Assembly (NCBI GenBank): GCA_050180895.1
Contig: JBFXDS010000017.1
Coordinates: 3,559 to 67,558 of the forward strand
Length of the DNA: 64,000 nt
Reading direction: 5' to 3'
Origin: Dongiaceae bacterium
GTDB taxonomy: Bacteria; Pseudomonadota; Alphaproteobacteria; Dongiales; Dongiaceae
Shown here: positions 48,175 through 58,442 of the stretch, one piece after another
Layout of the letters: every line of letters starts with the position of its first letter
Numbering within the stretch: position 1 is the first letter of the stretch
Position numbers and translations under genes: made by a program
Notes under the pieces: model-generated
The model's input: only the letters and a program-made list of their open reading frames with translations
Databases searched by the model: none
Told to the model about the DNA's origin: nothing

Positions 48175-49281
48175 ATGAAGATCATCGCCATCCGCGCCTA
48201 TCAGGTCGACCTGCCGCTGAAGGAGGGACGCTACGCCTGGTCCAATGAGAACGCCGTCGAGCTGTTCGACTCCACGGTCGTCGCGGTCGAGACCGACGCC
48301 GGGATCACCGGCCATGGCGAGTGCTGCCCGCTGGGGCCGGCTTATCTGCCGGCCTATGCGGCGGGCGTGCGCGCCGGCCTGGCCGAGCTGGCGCCGCAGC
48401 TCATCGGCCTCGACCCCACCCATCTCGGCCTGCTCAACCGGCGCATGGACGAGGCGATGCGCGGCCATCCCTACGTCAAGTCGGCGGTCGACGTGGCCTG
48501 CTGGGACATCCTGGGACAGGCGGTGGGGCTGCCGGTCTATGTCCTGCTCGGCGGCGCGCAGCAGCCGGACGTGCGGCTCTATCGCGCGATCTCGCAGGAC
48601 ACGCCGGCGAGGATGGCGGCGCGGGTCAAGGCCTACCGCGCCGAGGGCTACCGCAAGTTCCAGCTCAAGGTCGGCGGTGACGCCGACGTCGACATCGCCC
48701 GCATCCGCGCCTGCCGCAAGGCGCTGAAGCCCGGCGACGTGCTGATCGCCGACAGCAACACCGGCTGGACCATGCACGAGGCGGCCCGGGTCGTCATGGC
48801 GGTGGACGACCTCGACGTCTACATCGAGCAGCCCTGCCGCACCTACGAGGAGTGCCTGGCCGTGCGCGAGCGCACGCCGCTGCCCTTCATCCTCGACGAG
48901 ACCATCGACGGCATCGGCATCCTGCTGCGCGCCATCGCCGACCGCGCCATGGACGTCATCAATCTCAAGATCTCCAAGGTCGGCGGCCTCACCCGCGCCC
49001 GGGAGATGCGCGACCTCTGCGTCGCCGCCGGCGTGGCCATGACCATCGAGGATACCTGGGGCGGCGACATCGTCACCTCGGCCATCGCCCATCTCGCGCA
49101 GTCGACGCCGGCGGAGTTCCTGTTCTCCGCCACCGACTTCAACAGCTACGTCACCCGCAGCATCGCGACGGGCGCGCCGCAGCGTCGCGGCGGCCGCATG
49201 ACCGCACCCGACCGCCCCGGCCTCGGCATCGCGCCGCGCTCCGCCGTCCTCGGCAACCCCGTGCTGACGGTCGGCCGATAG
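48175..49281 (+). CDS. enolase-superfamily enzyme, mandelate racemase/muconate lactonizing family
   Basis: [55 protein letters not shown]. Confidence 0.8.
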   Translation: MKIIAIRAYQVDLPLKEGRYAWSNENAVELFDSTVVAVETDAGITGHGECCPLGPAYLPAYAAGVRAGLAELAPQLIGLDPTHLGLLNRRMDEAMRGHPYVKSAVDVACWDILGQAVGLPVYVLLGGAQQPDVRLYRAISQDTPARMAARVKAYRAEGYRKFQLKVGGDADVDIARIRACRKALKPGDVLIADSNTGWTMHEAARVVMAVDDLDVYIEQPCRTYEECLAVRERTPLPFILDETIDGIGILLRAIADRAMDVINLKISKVGGLTRAREMRDLCVAAGVAMTIEDTWGGDIVTSAIAHLAQSTPAEFLFSATDFNSYVTRSIATGAPQRRGGRMTAPDRPGLGIAPRSAVLGNPVLTVGR

Positions 49282-49342
49282 GACGAGCCGCCGGCGGCTG
49301 CGCCCAGGTAGAGCCACGTGACAGGAGACGCCGGAGCATCCC

Positions 49343-50020
49343 ATGCCTGCCGAGCCTCACTTCACCTCCCGCCTCTTCAAGTTCCTGCGCGACCTCGAAC
49401 GCAACAACGAGCGGGCCTGGTTCCAGGACAACAAAGCCCGCTACGTCGCGGACGTGCAGCAGCCGATGCTGCGCTTCATCGCCGATTTCGCCACGCCGCT
49501 GCGCAAGCTGGCCCCCGCCTTCGACGCCGACCCGCGTCCCTCCGGCGGCTCCATGTTCCGCATCTACCGCGACACCCGCTTCTCGAGGGACAAGTCGCCG
49601 TACAAGACTCATGTGGCCGCCCACTTCCGCCACAAGCAGACCAGCACCGACGTGCACGCGCCCGGCTTTTATTTCCACCTCGATCCCGGCGAGTGCTTCA
49701 TCGGCGGCGGCCTCTGGCTGCCGGAGCCGCCGCTGCTCAAGAAGGTGCGCGACGCGATCGCCTATGATGCCGACGGCTGGCGCAAGGTCCGCCGCGCCGT
49801 CAAGACGATCGAGGGCGACGGCCTGACGCGGCCGCCGCAGGGCTACGATCCTGCCCATCCCTTCGTCGACGACCTCAAGCGCAAGAGTTTCTTCGCCTCG
49901 GTCGCCTTCGCTGACGCCGAGGTGACGAGCGCCGATTTCATCGACCGCTGTGCCGACGCCTGCCGCTCGGTCCGCCCGCTGATGAGGTTCCTCACCGAAG
50001 CCGTCGACCTCGATTGGTAG
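49343..50020 (+). CDS. DUF2461 (TIGR02453) family protein
   Basis: FKFLRDLERNNERAWFQDNKARY..FRIYRDTRFSRDKSPYKTH..PGFYFHL. Confidence 0.75.
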   Translation: MPAEPHFTSRLFKFLRDLERNNERAWFQDNKARYVADVQQPMLRFIADFATPLRKLAPAFDADPRPSGGSMFRIYRDTRFSRDKSPYKTHVAAHFRHKQTSTDVHAPGFYFHLDPGECFIGGGLWLPEPPLLKKVRDAIAYDADGWRKVRRAVKTIEGDGLTRPPQGYDPAHPFVDDLKRKSFFASVAFADAEVTSADFIDRCADACRSVRPLMRFLTEAVDLDW

Positions 50021-50093
50021 GAAATTGGTTGGATGGGCGCTTTGACCGCCTCCCGTGCGGGGTCCTAATCTCGCGGCGGGGCTGGAGGGGCGC

Positions 50094-52193
50094 ATGCCGC
50101 GCGATCCGCGTTACGACATCCTGTTCGAGTCGGTGAAGATCGGGCCGAAGACGGCGAAGAACCGATTCTACCAGGTGCCGCACTGCTCCGGCATGGGCTG
50201 GGCCTGGCCGCAGACCCTGGCCGCCATGCGCGGCATGAAGGCCGCCGGCGGCTGGGCCGTGGTCAACACCGAATACTGCTCGATCCATCCCTCTTCCGAG
50301 GATGCGCCCTACCCCTATTGCCGGCTGTGGAGCGACGACGACGTGCGCGACCAGCGGCTGATGACCGAGGCCGTACATGAGCACGGCGCGCTCGCGGGCG
50401 TCGAGCTGTGGCATGGCGGCTATCACACGCACAATCGCTACAGCCGCGAGGGCTTGATCGCGCCCGGCCATCAGCCCGGCTACTCCTACGATCCCGTGCA
50501 GGCGCGGCCGATGGACAAGGACGACATCCGCAACCTCCGCCGGTGGCAGGCGGAGGCGGCGAAGCGGGCGGTGTGCGCCGGCTTCGACATCGTCTATGTC
50601 TATGCCGGTCACGGCTACCTGCCGGTGCAGTTCCTGTCGCGCCGCTTCAACCAGCGCGGCGACGAGTACGGCGGCAGCCTGGAGAACCGTGCCCGCCTGC
50701 TGAAGGAGATGATCCTCGACACGCGCGAGGCCATTGGTCCTGACACCGCGCTCGCCGTGCGGCTGATGGTCGACGAGTTCCATGGACCCGACGGCATCAC
50801 CAGCGAGCGCGAGGGTCGCGAGGTCCTCGCCCTGCTCGGCGAGCTGCCCGACTTGTGGGACGTGCAGCTCGGCCACTACGTCGTCGATTCGCGCTCCTCC
50901 CGCTTCGTCAAGGAAGGCGCGCAGGAGCCTTATGTCGCCTTCGTCAAGCAGGTCACGAGCAAGCCGGTCGTCGGCGTCGGCCGCTTCACCTCGCCCGACG
51001 CCATGGTGTCGCAGATCAGGCGGGGCATCCTCGATTTCATCGGCGCCGCGCGACCCTCCATCGCCGATCCGTTCCTGCCGGCGAAGATCGAGGAGGGCCG
51101 CCTCGACGACATTCGCGAATGCATCGGCTGCAACATCTGCGTCGCCTCCAACGGCAACGGCGTGCCCTTGCGCTGCACCCAGAACCCGACCATGGGCGAG
51201 GAATGGCGGCGCGGCTGGCATCCGGAGGTCATCGCGCCAAAGGACTCGGAGGACTCCGTGCTCATCGTCGGCGCCGGCCCCGCCGGCCTCGAATGCGCCC
51301 GGGCTCTCGGCCAGCGCGGCTATGCGGTGCATCTCGCCGAGGCGACGACGGAGCTCGGCGGCCGCGTCGTCCAGGAGGCAAAGCTGCCCGGCCTCGGCGA
51401 ATGGATCCGCGTGCGCGACTACCGCATCGGCCAGATCCAGCGTCTCGCCAACGTCAACGTCTATCGCGACAGCCGTCTGACCGCGGCGGACGTGCGCGAG
51501 TTCGGCGCCGCCCACGTCGTCATCGCCACCGGCGCCGCCTGGCGCCGGGACGGCGTCGGCCGCACCCATCCGCGCGCGATTCCCGGCAGCGACCGCGCCG
51601 ATGTCTTCACGCCGGAGGACGTGTTCGCCGGCGCGGCGATCGCCGGCCCCGTGGTCGTCTTCGACGACGACCACTACTACATGGGCGGCGTCATTGCCGA
51701 AGAGCTGCGCCGCCGCGGATTGGAGGTCACCCTCCTGACTCCCGCCGGGACGGTGTCCACCTGGACCGAGGCCAGCCTCGAGCAGCCCTACATCCAGGCG
51801 CAGCTGATCGAGGCCGGGATCGCGGTCGTCGTCGGCCACAGCGTCGCCGCCGTCGGCGACGGCGAGATCGAGATCACCTGCGCCTACACGGACCACCGGC
51901 GCCGCCTGCCCGCGCGATCGGCCGTCATGGTCACCTCGCGCCTGCCGAACACGGAGGTCTACGACGCGCTGGTCGCCGACCGGGCCGCGCTCGCGGCCGC
52001 CGGCATCCGCTCGGTCACGCGCATCGGCGACTGCCTCAATCCCGGCATCATCGCCGCCGCCGTCCACAGCGGCCACCGCTACGCCCGCGAACTGGACGCG
52101 CCGCCGGCCGGCGACCTGCCGTTCCGCGTCGAGCATATCCGGCACGAGGAGTCTGGCAGGCCGATCGTGCGTCCTTCGACAAGCTCAGGATGA
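50094..52193 (+). CDS. trimethylamine/dimethylamine/histamine dehydrogenase-family flavoprotein, paralog 1
   Basis: RBS GGAGGGG; NRFYQVPHCSGMG (Cys for covalent FMN in this family), CIGCNIC..CTQNP 4Fe-4S motif, VLIVGAGPAGLE ADP-binding fold. The last 8 codons and the stop come from MITE copy f. Confidence 0.8.
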   Translation: MPRDPRYDILFESVKIGPKTAKNRFYQVPHCSGMGWAWPQTLAAMRGMKAAGGWAVVNTEYCSIHPSSEDAPYPYCRLWSDDDVRDQRLMTEAVHEHGALAGVELWHGGYHTHNRYSREGLIAPGHQPGYSYDPVQARPMDKDDIRNLRRWQAEAAKRAVCAGFDIVYVYAGHGYLPVQFLSRRFNQRGDEYGGSLENRARLLKEMILDTREAIGPDTALAVRLMVDEFHGPDGITSEREGREVLALLGELPDLWDVQLGHYVVDSRSSRFVKEGAQEPYVAFVKQVTSKPVVGVGRFTSPDAMVSQIRRGILDFIGAARPSIADPFLPAKIEEGRLDDIRECIGCNICVASNGNGVPLRCTQNPTMGEEWRRGWHPEVIAPKDSEDSVLIVGAGPAGLECARALGQRGYAVHLAEATTELGGRVVQEAKLPGLGEWIRVRDYRIGQIQRLANVNVYRDSRLTAADVREFGAAHVVIATGAAWRRDGVGRTHPRAIPGSDRADVFTPEDVFAGAAIAGPVVVFDDDHYYMGGVIAEELRRRGLEVTLLTPAGTVSTWTEASLEQPYIQAQLIEAGIAVVVGHSVAAVGDGEIEITCAYTDHRRRLPARSAVMVTSRLPNTEVYDALVADRAALAAAGIRSVTRIGDCLNPGIIAAAVHSGHRYARELDAPPAGDLPFRVEHIRHEESGRPIVRPSTSSG

Positions 52194-52250
52194 GGGCCGA
52201 TTTTCATGGCAGAAAGAAAACCCCTCATCCTGAGCTTGTCGAAGGACGCA
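52168..52250 (+). repeat. 83-nt hairpin MITE/REP-like element, copy f
   Basis: TGCGTCCTTCGACAAGCTCAGGATGAGGG..loop..CCCTCATCCTGAGCTTGTCGAAGGACGCA. Overlaps the 3' end of the upstream CDS. Confidence 0.9.
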
Positions 52251-52293
52251 CGGCGTCGGTCCGAGTCTCCCAGCGATTGCCGGTGAGGCTGCG

Positions 52294-54357
52294 ATGCCGC
52301 GCGATCCCCGCTACGACATCCTCTTCGAGCCGGTGAAGATCGGCCCGAAGACCGCCAAGAACCGCTTCTACCAGGTGCCGCACTGCACCGGCATGGGCTC
52401 CGGCTACCCCCACACCCTGGCCGCGATGCGCGGCATGAAGGCGGCGGGCGGCTGGGCGGTGGTGAACACCGAATACTGCTCGATCCACCCGACCTCCGAC
52501 GACACGCCCTTCGCCCATTGCCGGCTGTGGAACGACGACGACGTGCGCGACCTGGCGCTGATGACGGAGGCGGTGCATGCGCATGGCGCGCTCGCCGGCT
52601 GTGAGCTGTGGCATGGCGGCCGCGTCACCATGAACCGCTACAGCCGGCAAGGCCTGCTGGCGCCGGGCGAGATCGCCTCCGCCTTCCTCGAGCCGGCGCA
52701 GGCGCGGCGCATGGACCGGCAGGACATCCGCGACCTGCTGCGCTGGCAGGGCGACGCGGCCCGGCGCGCAATAGCCGCCGGCTTCGACATCGTCTATGTC
52801 TATTGCGGCCACGCCTATCTGCCGATGCAGTTCCTCTCGCCGCTCACCAACGACCGCGGCGACGAATATGGCGGCAGCCTAGAGAACCGGGCGCGGCTGC
52901 TGCGCGAGATGATCGAGGTGACGCGCGAGGCCGTCGACGGCAAGGCGGCGCTGGCCGTGCGGCTCAATGTCGGCGAATTGGCGGGCTTCACCGATCTCGG
53001 CGCCGAGCGCGAGGTGCGCCAAGTCGTGGCCATGCTCGCGGAACTGCCGGACCTCTGGGACGTGCAGTACGGCGACTACTATATCGACGCCCGCTCCTCC
53101 CGCTTCGCCCAGGAGGCGGCACAGGAGCCGTTCGTCACCTTCGTGAAGAAGGTCAGCAGCAAGCCGGTGGTCGGCGTCGGCCGCTTCACCTCGCCCGACA
53201 CCATGGTGTCGCAGATCCGCCGCGGCATCCTCGACTTCATCGGCGCCGCCCGCCCCTCCATCGCCGATCCGTTCCTGCCGAAGAAGATCGAGGAGGGCCG
53301 CATCGACGACATCCGCGAATGCATCGGCTGCAACATCTGCATCGCCTCCGACTACTTCGGCGTGCCCTTGCGCTGCACGCAGAACCCGACCATGGGCGAG
53401 GAGTGGCGGCGCGGCTGGCACCCGGAGATCATCGCGCCGAAATCCTCCGGCGACAGCGTGCTGGTGGTCGGCGCCGGGCCGGCCGGGCTCGAATGCGCGC
53501 GGGCATTAGGCCAGCGCGGCTACGAGGTGCACCTGGCTGAGGCGACGGCGGAGCTCGGCGGCCGCGTCACGCGCGAAGCGCGCCTGCCGGGCCTGAGCGA
53601 ATGGGCGCGCGTGCGCGACTGGCGCACCGGCCAGCTCGCCAAAATGGCCAACGTCTCCGCCTACCGCGGGAGCCGCATGACGGCCGCCGACATCCGCGAG
53701 TCCGGCTTCGCCCATGTCGTGCTCGCCACCGGCGCGTCCTGGCGCCGCGACGGCGCCGGCCGCAGCAGCTTCGCCGCGATCCCCGGCGCCGACGGGCCGC
53801 AGGTCTTCACGCCCGACGACCTGTTGGCGGGCCGCGAAATTCCCGGCCCGGTGCTCGTCCTCGACGACGATCCCTATTACATGGGTGGGGTCGCCGCCGA
53901 AGAGCTGCGCCGGCGGGGGCAGTCCGTGATCCTGGTCACGCCCAACGGGCTGGTCTCCGAATGGACCGTGGGCAGCCAGGAGCAGCCCTACATCCAGGCG
54001 CGGCTCATCGAGGCCGGGGTCGAGATCATCGTCTCGCACCGGCTCGCGGCCATCGGCGATGGCGAGATGGAACTGGCCTGCGCCTTCACCGGCCGCCCGC
54101 GGACCATTGCCGCGCGCTCCGTCCTTCTCGTCACCATCCGCCGGCCGGACGACGGGCTCTACCGCGAGCTGATGGCGGATCCCCAGGGCCTCGCCGCCGC
54201 CGGCATCAAATCGGTCGCGCGCATCGGCGACTGCCTCGTGCCCGGCACCATCGCCGCCGCCGTGCATGACGGCCACCGCCACGCGCGCGAGTTCGACGCG
54301 CCGTCGCCCGCCGCGGTCCCGTTCCGCCGCGAGCGAATCGAGCTGACGTCGCTCTAG
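52294..54357 (+). CDS. trimethylamine/dimethylamine/histamine dehydrogenase-family flavoprotein, paralog 2
   Basis: 687 aa, about 70% identical by eye to paralog 1. Same NRFYQVPHCTGMG, CIGCNIC..CTQNP and VLVVGAGPAGLE motifs. Confidence 0.8.
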   Translation: MPRDPRYDILFEPVKIGPKTAKNRFYQVPHCTGMGSGYPHTLAAMRGMKAAGGWAVVNTEYCSIHPTSDDTPFAHCRLWNDDDVRDLALMTEAVHAHGALAGCELWHGGRVTMNRYSRQGLLAPGEIASAFLEPAQARRMDRQDIRDLLRWQGDAARRAIAAGFDIVYVYCGHAYLPMQFLSPLTNDRGDEYGGSLENRARLLREMIEVTREAVDGKAALAVRLNVGELAGFTDLGAEREVRQVVAMLAELPDLWDVQYGDYYIDARSSRFAQEAAQEPFVTFVKKVSSKPVVGVGRFTSPDTMVSQIRRGILDFIGAARPSIADPFLPKKIEEGRIDDIRECIGCNICIASDYFGVPLRCTQNPTMGEEWRRGWHPEIIAPKSSGDSVLVVGAGPAGLECARALGQRGYEVHLAEATAELGGRVTREARLPGLSEWARVRDWRTGQLAKMANVSAYRGSRMTAADIRESGFAHVVLATGASWRRDGAGRSSFAAIPGADGPQVFTPDDLLAGREIPGPVLVLDDDPYYMGGVAAEELRRRGQSVILVTPNGLVSEWTVGSQEQPYIQARLIEAGVEIIVSHRLAAIGDGEMELACAFTGRPRTIAARSVLLVTIRRPDDGLYRELMADPQGLAAAGIKSVARIGDCLVPGTIAAAVHDGHRHAREFDAPSPAAVPFRRERIELTSL

Positions 54358-54400
54358 AGCAACCTCCCGAAAACAGCTTGCATCGCCTGCACGAGGATGG

Positions 54401-54483
54401 TGCGTCCTTCGACAGGCTCAGGATGAGGGAGAGTCTTTGTGGCACAAAGAAAAACCCTCATCCTGAGCCTGTCGAAGGACGTA
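54401..54483 (+). repeat. 83-nt hairpin MITE/REP-like element, copy g
   Basis: TGCGTCCTTCGACAGGCTCAGGATGAGGG..loop..CCCTCATCCTGAGCCTGTCGAAGGACGTA. Lies between convergent genes. Confidence 0.9.
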
Positions 54484-54584
54484 CGACGCCGATCCCGCTC
54501 TCCTGGGCGACGTACGGTCTCGGTGAATCGCCGCGCCGGCCTGGCAAGCGGCGAGACGCCGGAAGCCGCTCCCGCCCGCTGCCC

Positions 54585-55949
54585 TCAGTAGGCGAATTCG
54601 TTGAACACCGGATCGACGCTGCCGTTCCAGCTGCTCTCGTAGAGCGCCAGCTTCTGCTCGGCCGGGCAGCGGCCGCTGTCGGCGATCTGGTCGAGGATGT
54701 CGAGGAAGCGGCTCTCGTCGCGTCCCTTCTTGTCGAGCACGGCGCGGCGCCGCAGGCCGTCGCGCGCGATCGCCAGCGCGTCCTTGGCCAGCGCCTGCAC
54801 CGGCCGGCCGCGGAACGTCGCCTTGAGCGCGGCGCGCGGCACGTCGGCGCGGAGCTGCTCGCGCTCGGCCATGCTCCAGCCCTTGCACAGCTCCCAGGCG
54901 TCGTCGAGCGACTGCTGATCATAGAGCAGCCCGACCCACAGCGCGGGCAGCGCGCACAGCCGCTGCCACGGCCCGCTGTCGGCGCCGCGCATCTCCAGGA
55001 AGCGCTTCAGCCGCACCTCCGGGAACGCGGTCGTCAGGTGGTCGGCCCAGTCGCCGATGCCCGGCCTCTCGCCCGGCAGCGCCGGCAGCTTGCCCTGCAG
55101 GAAGTCGCGGAAGGACTGGCCGCTGGCGTCGACGTACTTGCCGTCGCGGTAGACGAAGTACATGGGCACGTCGAGCATCCAGTCGACATAGCGCTCGAAG
55201 CCGTAGCCCGCCTCGAAGACGAAGGGCAGCATGCCGCAGCGGTCGGGATCGGTGTCGGTCCAGATGTTGCTGCGGTAGCTCATGAAGCCGTTGGGTTTGC
55301 CTTCCGTGAACGGCGAATCGGCGAAGAGCGCGGTCGCCACCGGCTGCAGCGCCAGTCCGACGCGCATCTTCTTCACCATGTCCGCCTCGTCGGCGAAGTC
55401 GAGATTCACCTGCACCGTGCAGGTGCGGATCATCATGTCGATGCCGAGCTTGCCCTTCTTCGGCATGTACTCGCGCATGATCTTGTAGCGGCCCTTCGGC
55501 ATCCACGGCGTGTCCGCGCGCGACCATTTGGGGTTGAAGCCCATGCCGAGCATGCCGATGCCGAGCTCGGCGCCCACCTGCTTCACCTGGTCGAGATGCG
55601 CGTTCACCTCGCTGCAGGTGTCGTGCAGGGTTTCGAGCGGACTACCCGACAGCTCGAACTGCCCGCCGGGCTCCAGCGTGATGCTGCAGGCGTCCTTGCC
55701 GAGCGCGATCGGGTTGCCGTTCTCCAGCACCGGCGTCCAGCCGAACCGCGTCATGCCCTCGAGCACGGCGCGGATGCCGGCCGCCCCGTCGTAGGGCAGC
55801 GTGCGCAGATCCTTCAGGTTGAAGGCGAACTTCTCGTGCTCGGTGCCGATGCGCCAATCGGCGCGCGGCTTGCAGCCGGCGGCCAGATAGTCGACAAGCT
55901 GACGCTTGTCCGTGATGGGCTCGCCGCGCGACTTCGGAGGCGCTGACAT
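54585..55949 (-). CDS. gshA: glutamate--cysteine ligase (plant/alphaproteobacterial GCS2 type)
   Basis: 454 aa; [49 protein letters not shown]. Confidence 0.9.
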   Translation of the reverse strand: MSAPPKSRGEPITDKRQLVDYLAAGCKPRADWRIGTEHEKFAFNLKDLRTLPYDGAAGIRAVLEGMTRFGWTPVLENGNPIALGKDACSITLEPGGQFELSGSPLETLHDTCSEVNAHLDQVKQVGAELGIGMLGMGFNPKWSRADTPWMPKGRYKIMREYMPKKGKLGIDMMIRTCTVQVNLDFADEADMVKKMRVGLALQPVATALFADSPFTEGKPNGFMSYRSNIWTDTDPDRCGMLPFVFEAGYGFERYVDWMLDVPMYFVYRDGKYVDASGQSFRDFLQGKLPALPGERPGIGDWADHLTTAFPEVRLKRFLEMRGADSGPWQRLCALPALWVGLLYDQQSLDDAWELCKGWSMAEREQLRADVPRAALKATFRGRPVQALAKDALAIARDGLRRRAVLDKKGRDESRFLDILDQIADSGRCPAEQKLALYESSWNGSVDPVFNEFAY

Positions 55950-55975
55950 CGGTAGATCGACCCAGACTGATGCTG

Positions 55976-56761
55976 CTATTCGGATGCGCGATGCGGCGGA
56001 CGCTGCCGGCCATCCCCGAGGATCGCCTGCCAGCAGGCGAGCGCCGCCAGTGCCGCCGTGTCGGCCCGCAAGATGCGAGGCCCCAGGCCGACGGGCATAA
56101 CAAACGGAAGTTTCCTCAGGGCGTCAAGCTCGGAACGCGCAAAGCCCCCCTCCGGCCCGGTCATGACGGCCCAGGGGACGCCGGCATCTCGGCTCGGCTC
56201 GAGCAGCACCTCGGCGATCGGCCGGGCGTCGCCGGCTTCGGCGCACAGCAGCAGGCGGCGCTGCGGCGGCCACGCCTCCAGCAGTTTCTTCAAGGAAACC
56301 GTCGGCCGGATCTCCGGCACCGTCAGCCGCTCGCACTGCTCGGCCGCCTCGATCGCGATCGCGCGCAGCCGCTCGGCGTTCACGCGGTCGACCGCGGTAT
56401 GCTGCGTGGTCACCGGCTGCAGCGCCGCGACGCCGAGCTCGGTCGCCTTCTCGGCCAACCTGTCGCTCGCGCTGCGCTTGATCGGCGCGGCGACGAGCCA
56501 GAGATCCGGCGCCGACTCCTGCGGCCGCAGCATGTCCTCGACGATCAGCCCGGCGCGGCTCTTCGCCGACCGGAGAATCCGCGCCGACCATTCGCCGTCG
56601 CGCCCGTTGAACAGGCGCAGGGCGGCATCGGGCCCGAGCCGCAGCACGTTGCGCAGATAGTGGGCGCGGCCGTCGTCGATCTCGAACTGCGCGGCCGGCG
56701 CCAGGTCCTGCGCGACGAACAGCCGCGGCGCGGCCGCGGCGGAACCGGCGCAGCCGCTCAT
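55976..56761 (-). CDS. rsmE: 16S rRNA (uracil1498-N3)-methyltransferase
   Basis: [34 protein letters not shown]. Typical RsmE layout. Confidence 0.8.
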   Translation of the reverse strand: MSGCAGSAAAAPRLFVAQDLAPAAQFEIDDGRAHYLRNVLRLGPDAALRLFNGRDGEWSARILRSAKSRAGLIVEDMLRPQESAPDLWLVAAPIKRSASDRLAEKATELGVAALQPVTTQHTAVDRVNAERLRAIAIEAAEQCERLTVPEIRPTVSLKKLLEAWPPQRRLLLCAEAGDARPIAEVLLEPSRDAGVPWAVMTGPEGGFARSELDALRKLPFVMPVGLGPRILRADTAALAALACWQAILGDGRQRPPHRASE

Positions 56762-56800
56762 CGTTTTTCAGCAGGACGAGTGCAAATGCAGGAGCGAGCC

Positions 56801-57307
56801 ATGGCAACGACGAAGCAGAGGACGGCCGCCAAGCGCAACGTCCGGAAAGCCCAGGCGGCGTGGCAATCCATGTCCCGCACGGCCCGGTCGCGGGCGCAGC
56901 CGGAAGGCCGCAGCCGGCGCAAGCCCGGGTCGACGGGCGGCGGACAGTACTATCACATCGAGGTGCGGCCGAAAGATCAGTTCGTCGCCTTCCGCACCCA
57001 CGACATCGGCGAGGCGGGTCACCTGCAGCGCGTCGCCGGCAAGCGCGAGAGCGGCTCGTGGGACGATCAGAAATGGCTGGTCAGCAAGGCGGACGCGCAT
57101 GTGGAGGACGGCCGCCTGGTCGCCGACACGCCCGACGTCGCGAAGGTGCTGGAGACGATCGGACCGGCGCGTCAACTGGAGGCGGACCGCTTTCAGGGCC
57201 ATCCCCGACCCAACGTCCCCGAACGCGAGAAGCCGACGCCGGCGCAGAAGCGGGCGCGCGCGGCGAACATCCGCAAGGCCCAGGCCAAGCGCCGCCCTGC
57301 CGACTGA
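56801..57307 (+). CDS. hypothetical basic protein
   Basis: 168 aa from ATG 56801 inside ORF 55970..57307. Lys/Arg-rich termini (KRNVRKAQAAW.., ..KRARAANIRKAQAKRR) flank a conserved-looking core YYHIEVRPKDQFVAFRTHDIG. No family recognised. Confidence 0.55.
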   Translation: MATTKQRTAAKRNVRKAQAAWQSMSRTARSRAQPEGRSRRKPGSTGGGQYYHIEVRPKDQFVAFRTHDIGEAGHLQRVAGKRESGSWDDQKWLVSKADAHVEDGRLVADTPDVAKVLETIGPARQLEADRFQGHPRPNVPEREKPTPAQKRARAANIRKAQAKRRPAD

Positions 57308-57321
57308 CGTGCGGTGATTTT

Positions 57322-57408
57322 GTAGGGGCGAGCGGCGCTCGCCCTTGTTCATGCAGGACTCCGACGGTCGCGGCAGCGGAATGACGGGCGAGCGCCGCTC
57401 GCCCCTAC
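57322..57408. repeat. 87-nt GC-rich palindromic element (second repeat family)
   Basis: GTAGGGGCGAGCGGCGCTCGCCC (57322-57344) and GGGCGAGCGCCGCTCGCCCCTAC (57386-57408). Each arm is itself a hairpin. Intergenic, upstream of ubiA. Confidence 0.7.
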
Positions 57409-57467
57409 GATGCGCCCTCGTCGTCCCCGGGTGCAATCGCCGCCAGGACTTGGCAGAATTGGCGCCG

Positions 57468-58442
57468 ATGACGCACTCCAGCGAGACCGGCATCGGCGAA
57501 CGGGCGGCGGCGGCCTCCGACATCCGGACCTGGCTCGACCGCTATCTGCCGGCCGCCGCGCGGCCCTATGCGCGGCTGATGCGCCTCGACCGGCCGATCG
57601 GCACCTGGCTGCTGCTGTTCCCGTGCTGGTGGGGCCTGTTCCTGGCCCTCGATCCGGCTGGCGTCGCTGTCGCGGTCCGGGAGCCGGCAGCGGCTTGGCC
57701 GATCCTGGCGTTCGTGCTCCTCTTCGCCGTCGGCGCCGTGGTCATGCGCGGCGCCGGCTGCACCTACAACGACATCGTCGACCGCGATGTCGACGCCCGC
57801 GTGGCGCGCACGGCGCTGCGGCCGATCCCGAGCGGCCAGGTGAGTCTCCGCCAGGCCATCCTGTTCCTGATCGCTCAGCTGCTCCTCGGCCTCCTCATCC
57901 TGCTCGCCTTCAACCGCTTCATGATTCTGCTGGGTATGCTCTCGCTGGTACTTGTCTTCACCTATCCGCTGATGAAGCGCGTGACCTATTGGCCGCAGGC
58001 CTTCCTCGGCCTCACCTTCAACTGGGGCGCGCTGATGGGCTGGGCTGCGGCGACGGGCGGCATCGGCGCGCCGGCCCTGGCGCTCTATGCCGCCGGCATC
58101 GCCTGGACGCTGCATTACGACACGATCTACGCGCATCAGGACAAGGAGGACGATGCCCTCGTCGGGGTCAAGTCGACGGCGCTGCGGCTCGGCGACCGGA
58201 CCAAGCCCTGGCTCGTCGGCTTCAGCATCGCCGCGGTGGGGCTGTTCGAGCTGGCCGTGGCGCTCGCCGGCCTCGGCTGGCCGGCCATGCTGGCCGTCGC
58301 CTGCGTCGCCCTGCATCTGACCTGGCAGATCATCGCCGTCGATCTCGACGATCCCGCCGACTGCCTCGCCAAGTTCCGCGCCAACCGTTGGATCGGCTGG
58401 CTCCTGCTGGCCGGCATCCTCGGCGGTCAGATCGTGCCGTGA
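57468..58442 (+). CDS. ubiA: 4-hydroxybenzoate polyprenyltransferase
   Basis: YARLMRLDRPIGTWLLL..GAGCTYNDIVDRDVD..RTALRPIPSG..YAHQDKEDD. Start at ATG 57468. Confidence 0.9.
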   Translation: MTHSSETGIGERAAAASDIRTWLDRYLPAAARPYARLMRLDRPIGTWLLLFPCWWGLFLALDPAGVAVAVREPAAAWPILAFVLLFAVGAVVMRGAGCTYNDIVDRDVDARVARTALRPIPSGQVSLRQAILFLIAQLLLGLLILLAFNRFMILLGMLSLVLVFTYPLMKRVTYWPQAFLGLTFNWGALMGWAAATGGIGAPALALYAAGIAWTLHYDTIYAHQDKEDDALVGVKSTALRLGDRTKPWLVGFSIAAVGLFELAVALAGLGWPAMLAVACVALHLTWQIIAVDLDDPADCLAKFRANRWIGWLLLAGILGGQIVP

